Shown: positions 54,780-62,584 of the stretch, one piece after another | Layout of the letters: each line of letters starts with the position of its first letter | Numbering within the stretch: the first letter of the stretch is position 1 | NCBI GenBank assembly: GCA_964352815.1 | Contig: CAYGTO010000003.1 | Coordinates: forward strand, 133,015-197,014 | DNA: 64,000 nt | From: an uncultured Azospirillaceae bacterium | Lineage (GTDB): Bacteria; Pseudomonadota; Alphaproteobacteria; Rickettsiales; UBA3002 | Direction: 5' to 3' | The notes under the pieces: model-generated | What the model saw: the letters and a program-made list of their open reading frames with translations, nothing else | The model's database searches: none | What the model was told of the DNA's origin: nothing | Position numbers and translations under genes: made by a program

Positions 54780-55847
54780 TTATGGGAACACAAACACGGC
54801 ATTTTTCTGCCCAGTCACCACAGAAGAACGCCGCGCTGAACGACTGTTCGGAAAGACCGCATCGGGCTGCAAACTACGAATCACAGAGACGCTCGACGTC
54901 GATGGCCGTACTCCTTCAGGGCGAAGACTGCGCGGCGCAGAGGATACAGACACTTCAATCGGTTTCACGCTTGGGTCGTCTTCCTGAGCGGATGATGTTG
55001 CTGCGCGGCTATTGGTTTTGGGGCGGATAACCAAAACCGGCGACTCTTTGGACTCACCATTTTCATCCAGCACCGCAATACGATTAATGGATTGCAGCGG
55101 ACGCTGAAGTGCTGGAGAGACAGACCCACCGGCGGCAGGACTTAAATTTGCCAGGAACGCCACCTCTTGCAACGGGTCACTTGAATAGTCATTCGATGCC
55201 ATCATCGCCGCACGCTGCTCACGGCCATTCTTCAAGCGAACAGACAATTTTTTCCAATGATCATAGACTTTTGCGTAGTAACGCGCGCCTTTGCTAGGCG
55301 TTCGAGAATGGTAAATAGACGCTGCGCGCTGCCAATCGCCCGTCTCTAAATAGTTGATACGGAGAAATCGTGCCGCATAACCAACATTGTATGCGGGGTC
55401 AAACGCTTGATCAAGGTTCGCAAAGGCAGCTGGGTGGTGAAACAGGTTCACCTGCATACACCCCACATCAATGCTTTTCTTACCTTGCCGCTGAAATTCG
55501 CGCACGTTCGCTACTGCTTCGCGCTTACTATTATAGAAATAGCCCTGCCCTTCGACATTGGCGGTCCAAGGCCATGGCAACAACATTTTTAACTGTGAGC
55601 TATAGCGTCCCGATTCGGTCGTCGCGATAGCCGCCAGCAAATGTTGCGGTATCCCGTGAAACCTCTCATGCTTTGAGAAATGCTGCGTACAGCGCCTGGC
55701 TTCACGCACAAGTTGTGCTTCTGACACTTTCGCTCCGGTAACCGCGATTGCAGGCGTTCCTGTCGTTGCGGTGATTCCGATACACAGCGCGAGTGCTGAA
55801 ACGGTCATCTTGCGATATGGATTATGTAACATATTTTTGCACCCCAC
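54780..55847 (-). CDS. lytic transglycosylase (SLT domain) protein
   Basis: Signal peptide; ATTESGRY catalytic Glu region, PWPWT and DVGCMQVN motifs. Confidence 0.85.
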   Translation of the reverse strand: MGCKNMLHNPYRKMTVSALALCIGITATTGTPAIAVTGAKVSEAQLVREARRCTQHFSKHERFHGIPQHLLAAIATTESGRYSSQLKMLLPWPWTANVEGQGYFYNSKREAVANVREFQRQGKKSIDVGCMQVNLFHHPAAFANLDQAFDPAYNVGYAARFLRINYLETGDWQRAASIYHSRTPSKGARYYAKVYDHWKKLSVRLKNGREQRAAMMASNDYSSDPLQEVAFLANLSPAAGGSVSPALQRPLQSINRIAVLDENGESKESPVLVIRPKTNSRAATSSAQEDDPSVKPIEVSVSSAPRSLRPEGVRPSTSSVSVIRSLQPDAVFPNSRSARRSSVVTGQKNAVFVFP

Positions 55848-55936
55848 CCAAGCGCAAACTTCATTTTTATTCAGACCTTATTAAAGAACCAAATTTTCGT
55901 AGTCTTGTCACGGGGATTGTTGCCTGGGTGCACAGC

Positions 55937-56926
55937 TTAGCGCAGAGGCGCTATCGATTCCGCTGAGGACGCGTCACTGACCTTTTCTTCTCGCACGCCA
56001 ATTAACCACGCCATCATATCATTATATACATTCTGTCGCTGGTGATCGCGTAGCAACATATGATAGCCTTCCGGATATTCTTTATAGGTTACTTCGCTCT
56101 GATTAAAGAGCGGGCGCACGCGCTGAATCGAGTCGGCTGGAATGATCTGGTCTTTTTGCCCATACAGAAGCAGGGTCGGAACGCTGATATCTGGCGCGGC
56201 CAAATGCGTTTCATCCATCACATTCACCAGCCCATAGATCGCATCGGCTCGCGTTGACGTAACGATGTTCGGGTCGCCCGCCATCTGCGTGAGCACTTGC
56301 ATATTATCTGTTGCCACCACATCAAGCCCTTCGCCTGTAAATTCAGAGGCTGGGAAGGTGCGCGTGACGAGCCACAGCGGAAAGCGGTGGAATACGCTAA
56401 GCGACGCATCGCCCCATACGGCAGGGCCGACTAAGATCATCCCATCGATGAGAGACGCTACCTCTGTTTCTGACGCCGCAAGCATCGCAATCGCGCCGCC
56501 CATACTCTCGCCCATTAGGTAAAGCGGCACATCCGGATTGCCTTGCTTAATAAGGCGGAGTGTTTGCGCTACATCATTCACCAGATGATCACGGCCTGCC
56601 CAAATGCCCCGATGCGACTCATTTCGACCAAAGCCGCGTTGGTCATACGCAATCAAGGCCACATTCTGCGAGGCTAAAAACGTGCCGGGCAATGCGAAGG
56701 CCTGGCTGTAATCATTGAAGCCATGTAGCGCGAGAATGATCGCATCTGATTTGCCTTTCGGCAACCACATAGAGAGAGGCAATGTCTGGCCATCGGGCGC
56801 AGTGTAATGGCTCGTACTGAGAGAAGCGTCTTGCGTAGTTTCTGCGAGGGGATGCTGTTCGGGCGCTGCGCATGCGCTGACGCATGCCATGAGTATAAAA
56901 GTGAAAATGTAAGGCATCATACGCAT
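55937..56926 (-). CDS. alpha/beta hydrolase lipoprotein (lysophospholipase-like)
   Basis: Lipobox VSAC, HGFND oxyanion region and nucleophile elbow GESMGG. Confidence 0.8.
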   Translation of the reverse strand: MRMMPYIFTFILMACVSACAAPEQHPLAETTQDASLSTSHYTAPDGQTLPLSMWLPKGKSDAIILALHGFNDYSQAFALPGTFLASQNVALIAYDQRGFGRNESHRGIWAGRDHLVNDVAQTLRLIKQGNPDVPLYLMGESMGGAIAMLAASETEVASLIDGMILVGPAVWGDASLSVFHRFPLWLVTRTFPASEFTGEGLDVVATDNMQVLTQMAGDPNIVTSTRADAIYGLVNVMDETHLAAPDISVPTLLLYGQKDQIIPADSIQRVRPLFNQSEVTYKEYPEGYHMLLRDHQRQNVYNDMMAWLIGVREEKVSDASSAESIAPLR

Positions 56927-57002
56927 CGGCGGAAGTGATAGCGAATTTGCCTGCCACGAACAAGGATTGTTTTATGTGCGCCTGCTTTTGCGCGCCCAAA
57001 AC

Positions 57003-57031
57003 TTGCCGAAATCACTGTTTTTTGGTATAAT
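57003..57031 (+). promoter_or_regulatory. sigma70-type promoter candidate for usg
   Basis: TTGCCG, a 17-nt spacer, then TATAAT, about 30 nt upstream of ATG 57062. Confidence 0.4.
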
Positions 57032-57061
57032 TTGAGAAAGAAGAAAAAAATAGGGAAGCGT

Positions 57062-57331
57062 ATGACGCCTGCGGACTTTGAGTTGCTTGTCAAAGATTAT
57101 CGCCTGACCACGGCGGAGATCTTCTATTGCTTCCCTGATCACCCCTCCCTACTACAAACATTCGTCTGGCAAGAGCTTGATCTCGCGCCTAAATTCCCAG
57201 AATTAAATAAATTTTTGGGCTTTTGGGAAGACTCGATCGATGGCCGCTTACACTCCGTTCAGGTTACAAGCGCCGAGACCATTTCTCCAGCACAATTCGC
57301 CTGGCGCAGCGGCTCACTCCAACTCCAGTAA
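57062..57331 (+). CDS. usg: Usg-family protein
   Basis: DYRLTTAEI.Y..PDHP.LLQ.F.WQ..D..P.FP pattern. Start placed at MTPADF. Confidence 0.8.
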   Translation: MTPADFELLVKDYRLTTAEIFYCFPDHPSLLQTFVWQELDLAPKFPELNKFLGFWEDSIDGRLHSVQVTSAETISPAQFAWRSGSLQLQ

Positions 57332-57415
57332 GAGTATTCCTACACATGGTGACACGAAGAGGTTGCCATTCAGGGCTGCTTTGCCATAGACATAGCGCAA
57401 GGAAGAGAGGTTTCT

Positions 57416-58510
57416 TTGCGTATCATCAATATGATGCTCGGCACCAAACGCGGCGGCATTGAACAGGCCGTGATCGACTATGCCGAAGCCATGCAGCATC
57501 AAGGCATTGAGGTGCTGAATGTGTTTCGCAAAGATGCGTGGGCGATGGAAGCTTCTGCCTATTTAAATCAATCATCATGCATCATTAACCCGCTCTCACG
57601 TTGGGATCCCCTCACCACGCAGCAGCTGCGCAAACGTGGAGAAGCCTTCGACGCACAGGCAGTCATTGCGCATGGTAACCGCGCGATTCAATTTGCGCTG
57701 CGTGCCTTTGGCGGACGCATCCCGGTCATTGCTGTCGCGCATAATTACCATATTAAGCGTTTCCCACAGTGCGACGCCGCCTTCACCATCACGCGTGATT
57801 TATACGAAGAGCTCGCCGCCATCGACATGCCACGTCACACGCTGTTTCACGTACCCAATATGGTACGTGTGCCCGATCACACACCACGCAGCGCATTTCA
57901 CTCCCCCGTGCGTATTGGCAGCATGGGACGGTTTGTCGCAAAGAAGGGCTTCCCTTGTTTCGTAAAAGCATTGGGTGAACTACATCAACGAGGCGTGCCA
58001 TTCCATGGCATTTTGGGCGGCGACGGTCCTGAGCTAAATGAAATTCAGCGCGTCGCGGAACGCGCGGGTCTACCTATTCTTACGCGCGCCCCTGAGCACA
58101 GCGACGAAGGCAGCGCGCTCTATTTGCCCGGCTGGGTGAATGATAAATGGCGCTTTTTTGAAGAGATCGACATATTCGCCCTGCCCTCCCATCACGAACC
58201 GTTTGGCATTGTATTAATCGAAGCGATGGCCGCTGGCCTTCCCACTGTCACCACTGCAAGCGAAGGGCCATGTGAGATCATTACGCAACATCAAGACGCC
58301 GTCATGGTCGACCTGAATGATCATCGCGCAATGGCCGACGCGTTCGAAGCCTGGATCGCATCGCCCGAGACGGCGCTCAATGTTGGCAACGCCGCTTATG
58401 ACACTGCCAAGCGCCGCTACGCTCTCTCCGAAGCTGCCAAAACCATTGAAGCCGCGTTGCGACGTGTGATCTTTGCAAGGCCCGATACGCGCATTATATT
58501 ATCTGCATGA
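57416..58510 (+). CDS. glycosyltransferase family 4 (GT-B)
   Basis: EPFGIVLIEAMAAGLPTV (EX7E region). TTG start preceded by GGAAGAGAGG. Confidence 0.8.
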   Translation: MRIINMMLGTKRGGIEQAVIDYAEAMQHQGIEVLNVFRKDAWAMEASAYLNQSSCIINPLSRWDPLTTQQLRKRGEAFDAQAVIAHGNRAIQFALRAFGGRIPVIAVAHNYHIKRFPQCDAAFTITRDLYEELAAIDMPRHTLFHVPNMVRVPDHTPRSAFHSPVRIGSMGRFVAKKGFPCFVKALGELHQRGVPFHGILGGDGPELNEIQRVAERAGLPILTRAPEHSDEGSALYLPGWVNDKWRFFEEIDIFALPSHHEPFGIVLIEAMAAGLPTVTTASEGPCEIITQHQDAVMVDLNDHRAMADAFEAWIASPETALNVGNAAYDTAKRRYALSEAAKTIEAALRRVIFARPDTRIILSA

Positions 58511-59346
58511 CCATTTATTCTGCACCCCTCATAGATCGATCCATCCTGTGCATCAGCGGGCCAGACCGCTCGACATTCCTTCAAGGGCTCATCACCAATG
58601 ATGTGGCGCGTTGCGACAAAGGCGAGCCGATCTTCACCGCCATGCTCACCCCGCAAGGTAAGCTCTTCGCGGATTTCTTCATATTACCAGAAGCCGGTCA
58701 TTTCCTCATCGACACCCATCACAGCTACGCGGCGGAGCTGATGAAAAAACTGCGCATGTATAAGCTGCGCGCCGATGTTGAGATTGAAGATATCTCGGCG
58801 GATAGGGTAGTAGCCGCAAGCTGGGGCGATGCCGCTGCTACATATGAATCGATTCTGTCTTTCAATGATCCGCGCCATGACGCTCTCGGCATGCGCCATT
58901 ATGGCCGCGCGGAGGCAATGAAATCACTGCTCGCAGCAGGCGAGCCCGCTTCTTATCATGCGCACCGCATCAGCCTCGTCGTTGCGGAAGGCGCGTATGA
59001 CGCCACCGACCGGAGCTTCATCCTCGATATGGGCTATGAAGAGCTGAACGCCGTCGACTACCAAAAGGGCTGTTATGTCGGCCAAGAAGTCACGGCGCGG
59101 ATGCATTATCGCGGCGTGAAGCGCAAAGGCATGGTCTGCATCGGGGCGCATAGCCCTGAAGCCAGCCTGCCCGAGCTTGGTACACCGCTAATCGCGCATG
59201 GCGACAAGGAAACCACTATTGGCGAGATGCGCTCCAGCGAAGGCCCCATCGGGCTCGCCATGGTCAAGTTGGAAGCGCTTGGGGACGCTCAGGCGGCAAA
59301 CCTTGACATCACCGCCGGCGAAACCCACATTAAGATAAAGACATAA
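58507..59346 (+). CDS. ygfZ: folate-binding YgfZ/CAF17-family protein
   Basis: GcvT-like N-terminus (ISGPDRSTFLQGLITNDV) and KGCYVGQE motif. Confidence 0.85.
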   Translation: MTIYSAPLIDRSILCISGPDRSTFLQGLITNDVARCDKGEPIFTAMLTPQGKLFADFFILPEAGHFLIDTHHSYAAELMKKLRMYKLRADVEIEDISADRVVAASWGDAAATYESILSFNDPRHDALGMRHYGRAEAMKSLLAAGEPASYHAHRISLVVAEGAYDATDRSFILDMGYEELNAVDYQKGCYVGQEVTARMHYRGVKRKGMVCIGAHSPEASLPELGTPLIAHGDKETTIGEMRSSEGPIGLAMVKLEALGDAQAANLDITAGETHIKIKT

Positions 59347-59475
59347 ACCGTGCGGCGCCGTATAATCGTAATCGGCTGAAAAATAAGCAAGTCTCATTTT
59401 GGGTGGCTCTGTGCTGCGCTGTTTCTTCCGTGCAAATATGCACTTGATATGGTAAGATAAAGGAATGACCGAAGT

Positions 59476-60189
59476 ATGAAATTTACATCCTTCTTCAAGC
59501 AAAAACAAAAAGAACAGGAATCGCAGGCATCTATGGATCAAACTGACCCGAACACCAGCTACCCTCCCCTGACTGAACCCGGCGCGTCGAGCGCTTCCAC
59601 CATTGAAGATGCGCAATTTTCGCTGCTTGGCAGTGATGGGTTTTTATCGGGCACTTTGCTGGTCGCCTCTCCACTTATCACGGAAAGTGTGTTCCACAAA
59701 TCAGTGATTTACCTGTTCGCGCACAGCGATGATGGCGCGATGGGCTGCATGATCAACCAGCCGATCGATACCGTGAATTATGGCGCGTTGCTTGGCGAAT
59801 CCGACCCGGCGGTGCAAACCGGTCAGCGCGAGTTGGATGTTTATTTTGGCGGCCCCGTGGAACGCACACGCGGCTTTGTGCTGCATAGTAGCGAATATAA
59901 ACCAGAATTGGCGCTACACGCCCATGATGATGTGTCAATTACCGCTGTTTCGGGCATTTTGCGCGACATGGCGCAAGGCGAAGGCCCGGATCATGCCTCA
60001 CTGATTGTTGGCTATGCTGGCTGGGCGCCAGGGCAGCTAGAAACAGAAATTGAGCAAAATAGCTGGATTAATGTCCCTGCGAGCAAAGAGCTTCTGTTTG
60101 ATACGCCGAACGACCTCAAATGGGCCCGCGCCAGCCAATCGCTCGGCTTCGACATGGCGTTTTATTCGCACAGCGTCGGGCATGCGTAG
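59476..60189 (+). CDS. YqgE/AlgH-family protein
   Basis: GTLLVASP.....F.KSVIYL..H...GAMG..INQP and GYAGWAPGQLE motifs. The N-terminal ~45 aa are low complexity and the start is uncertain. Confidence 0.85.
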   Translation: MKFTSFFKQKQKEQESQASMDQTDPNTSYPPLTEPGASSASTIEDAQFSLLGSDGFLSGTLLVASPLITESVFHKSVIYLFAHSDDGAMGCMINQPIDTVNYGALLGESDPAVQTGQRELDVYFGGPVERTRGFVLHSSEYKPELALHAHDDVSITAVSGILRDMAQGEGPDHASLIVGYAGWAPGQLETEIEQNSWINVPASKELLFDTPNDLKWARASQSLGFDMAFYSHSVGHA

Positions 60190-60250
60190 TTATACCTTTG
60201 CGCGCTAATACCCATTGATTTTCCTAGGCAACCCGGTTACAACCGCGTGC

Positions 60251-61210
60251 ATGTCGAAAAGTACATCCAAAACCCCCTTCGCATTCCAGGATATCATCCT
60301 GACACTTCAGCATTTTTGGGCGGAGCAGGGGTGCGTGATTTTGCAGCCCTACGACATGGAAGTGGGCGCCGGGACGTTCCACCCCGCGACGACGCTACGC
60401 GCGCTCGGACCGGAGCATTGGAACGCGGCCTATGTTCAGCCTTGCCGCCGCCCATCCGATGGCCGTTACGGTGAAAACCCCAACCGGCTGGGCCATTATT
60501 ATCAGTTTCAGGTCATTCTGAAGCCCTCACCCGACAACATCCAGCAGCTTTATCTCGACTCGATCGCCGCGCTCGGCATCGATCCGCTCAAACATGATAT
60601 TCGTTTCGTGGAAGATGACTGGGAATCCCCTACTCTTGGCGCGTGGGGGCTGGGCTGGGAAGTCTGGTGCGACGGCATGGAAGTGACGCAATTCACCTAT
60701 TTTCAGCAAGTGGGCGGCATTGAGTGCAAGCCCGTCTCCGGCGAGCTAACCTACGGGCTGGAGCGGCTGGCGATGTATATTCAGGGCGTTGAGAATGTGT
60801 ATGACCTGGTATGGAATCAGGTGCCTGGTGCCAGGGGCCAGGGGTCAGGAAGTCATCCTGAAACCCGAAACCTGAAACCTGTAACCTATGGCGATGTGTT
60901 CCTACGCAATGAACGCGAGCAAACCGCCTATAGCCTAGAGCATGCAAACACCGACATATTGCTGCAACATTTTAAAGATGCCGAAGCCGAATGCGCGCAG
61001 CTTCTTGAAAAGAAACTTGCTTTGCCTGCCTATGATCACTGCATCAAAGCCTCGCATCTGTTCAACCTGCTCGATGCGCGTGGGGTGATTTCGGTGACCG
61101 AACGTGCGGCATATATTGGCCGCGTCCGCGCCTTAGCCAAAGGCTGCTGTGAAGAATATGTGAGGGGTCAGGTTTCAGGTTTCGGGTTTCAGGAAAAAGA
61201 GGCTTCATGA
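60251..61210 (+). CDS. glyQ: glycine--tRNA ligase alpha subunit, with an internal and a C-terminal repeat-derived segment
   Basis: [17 protein letters not shown] entry, colinear with E. coli GlyQ. The extra [22 protein letters not shown] lies before YGDVF. The C-terminus [14 protein letters not shown] is encoded by the heptamer array. Confidence 0.92.
   Translation: MSKSTSKTPFAFQDIILTLQHFWAEQGCVILQPYDMEVGAGTFHPATTLRALGPEHWNAAYVQPCRRPSDGRYGENPNRLGHYYQFQVILKPSPDNIQQLYLDSIAALGIDPLKHDIRFVEDDWESPTLGAWGLGWEVWCDGMEVTQFTYFQQVGGIECKPVSGELTYGLERLAMYIQGVENVYDLVWNQVPGARGQGSGSHPETRNLKPVTYGDVFLRNEREQTAYSLEHANTDILLQHFKDAEAECAQLLEKKLALPAYDHCIKASHLFNLLDARGVISVTERAAYIGRVRALAKGCCEEYVRGQVSGFGFQEKEAS
60820..60886. 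repeat. inverted heptamer arrays inside glyQ
   Basis: The left arm is ggtgcct ggtgcca ggggcca ggggtca. The loop is aagtcat. The right arm is cctgaaa cccgaaa cctgaaa cctgtaa. Confidence 0.8.
61164..61193. repeat. heptamer array, left arm flanking the four-helix-bundle gene
   Basis: ggggtca ggtttca ggtttcg ggtttca gg. This is the inverted complement of 61570-61600. Confidence 0.8.
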
Positions 61211-61587
61211 TTCGTTCTTATCAGGATTTAGAGGTGTGGAAGAAATCCTTGAGGCTGGTTAAAGACGTGTATGGCTGCACAAGACTTTACCCAAAATCCG
61301 AACTCTATGGCCTTGTAAGCCAGACACAACGAGCCGCTGTATCGGTGCCAGCCAATATTGCTGAAGGCCGCACGCGTTATTCCAAAAAAGATTTTGTTTC
61401 TCATTTGAAGATTGCTTCTGGCTCTTTAGCCGAGCTTGAAACGCATCTTTTCATTGCCACTGAACTCGGCTATATCACGATAGAACAGCGAGACGCTTTG
61501 TTAAATACATCCGCCGAGATAGGCCGGATGCTCAATGGCCTGGTGAATTCGTTGAAAAGCGAAAAACAACTGGAACCCGAAACCTGA
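61207..61587 (+). CDS. four-helix-bundle protein (23S rRNA intervening-sequence protein / Avd-like family)
   Basis: LEVWKKS..L.....Y.....[44 protein letters not shown] matches the family signature. There is an ATGA overlap with the glyQ stop. Confidence 0.88.
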   Translation: MIRSYQDLEVWKKSLRLVKDVYGCTRLYPKSELYGLVSQTQRAAVSVPANIAEGRTRYSKKDFVSHLKIASGSLAELETHLFIATELGYITIEQRDALLNTSAEIGRMLNGLVNSLKSEKQLEPET

Positions 61588-61600
61588 CACCTGAAACCTA
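61570..61600. repeat. heptamer array, right arm flanking the four-helix-bundle gene
   Basis: ctggaac ccgaaac ctgacac ctgaaac cta. It encodes the last residues (LEPET) of the four-helix-bundle ORF. Confidence 0.8.
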
Positions 61601-61602
61601 TT

Positions 61603-61932
61603 ATGCAACGACTCATGCTCAAATCCAAGCTCCACCGCGCGAAAGTGACCGATTCAGACCTCAACTATGAAGGCTCAATCGGCATTGATCGCGACTGGAT
61701 GGATGAAGTCGGGCTACTCCCTTACGAGCAAGTCGATGTGGCGAGTATTGCGAATGGCGCGCGCTTCACCACCTATGTCATCGAAGAAGAACGCGGATCA
61801 GAGAAAATCGTCATCAATGGCGCCGCTGCGCATCTCGTGAATATTGGCGACTTGGTCATCATCATGGGTTATTGCGTGATGAGCGATGGTGATGCGCAGC
61901 AAGCAACACCGAAGATTAAGCGATTGGAGTAA
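61603..61932 (+). CDS. panD: aspartate 1-decarboxylase
   Basis: LKSKLHRAKVT entry and the self-processing site YEGSIGID; 109 aa. Confidence 0.93.
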   Translation: MQRLMLKSKLHRAKVTDSDLNYEGSIGIDRDWMDEVGLLPYEQVDVASIANGARFTTYVIEEERGSEKIVINGAAAHLVNIGDLVIIMGYCVMSDGDAQQATPKIKRLE

Positions 61933-61957
61933 GGAAACATCACTAGCGGAGGAAAGG

Positions 61958-62584
61958 ATGTCAACAAGGAGAGAATATAATAGAAAAGAGCTGTTCAAGA
62001 TAGGGGAAGACGGAAAGCCCGTCCATGTAAGCGATATTTTGTCATGGCTACGCAGCGAAAAAACCACGGATAGTGATATCGCATCACTTACGCGTGGGGA
62101 AATTTCGGCTATTTTGGGAACGGAGCACATTAATGTGAATCGATATGCTGCAAAGCTGGCTGCAGAAAAAGAGTTTCAACTTTTACAAGACTGTAGAGAA
62201 GAAAGAGGAAAGACCAGAATGAAAATGATTACCACAACTGATAACGAGGGTAGGATTGTCGACGCGATGTCAGTCTTTGAATCGCTTGAAGAGGGAGACA
62301 GAGCACTTGCGCGCGAAAGCATGGCTGTTTCACATAATAAAAGATTAAGCCAAGAGCTAGACCGCTTAAAAGATGCTGGCGGTGACCTTTTTAGGCAATG
62401 TTCTGCTATCATGATAAAAGATGCTAACAAAGCCCTCAAATTAGCGCATAAGATACAAGAATTCATGCATCATGATCTTGGTATTGCGTATACTGCCGTT
62501 GATACGCTTGTGGACTCGATTCAGTCGAAAGGCCCTTTAAAAGCGCTAGACCCTAGAGAGAAACGATCACCGCGAGCCGCCTAA
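61958..62584 (+). CDS. hypothetical protein (orphan)
   Basis: GGAGGAAAGG lies upstream of ATG 61958. TAATG overlap with the glyS start. AT-richer by eye; no motif recognised. Confidence 0.5.
   Translation: MSTRREYNRKELFKIGEDGKPVHVSDILSWLRSEKTTDSDIASLTRGEISAILGTEHINVNRYAAKLAAEKEFQLLQDCREERGKTRMKMITTTDNEGRIVDAMSVFESLEEGDRALARESMAVSHNKRLSQELDRLKDAGGDLFRQCSAIMIKDANKALKLAHKIQEFMHHDLGIAYTAVDTLVDSIQSKGPLKALDPREKRSPRAA

Noticed and set aside
60820-61600. Heptamer arrays as a possible CRISPR array
   Set aside because: The repeat unit is 7 nt with no unique spacers. The arrays are 30 nt long and occur inside genes, and no cas genes are present.
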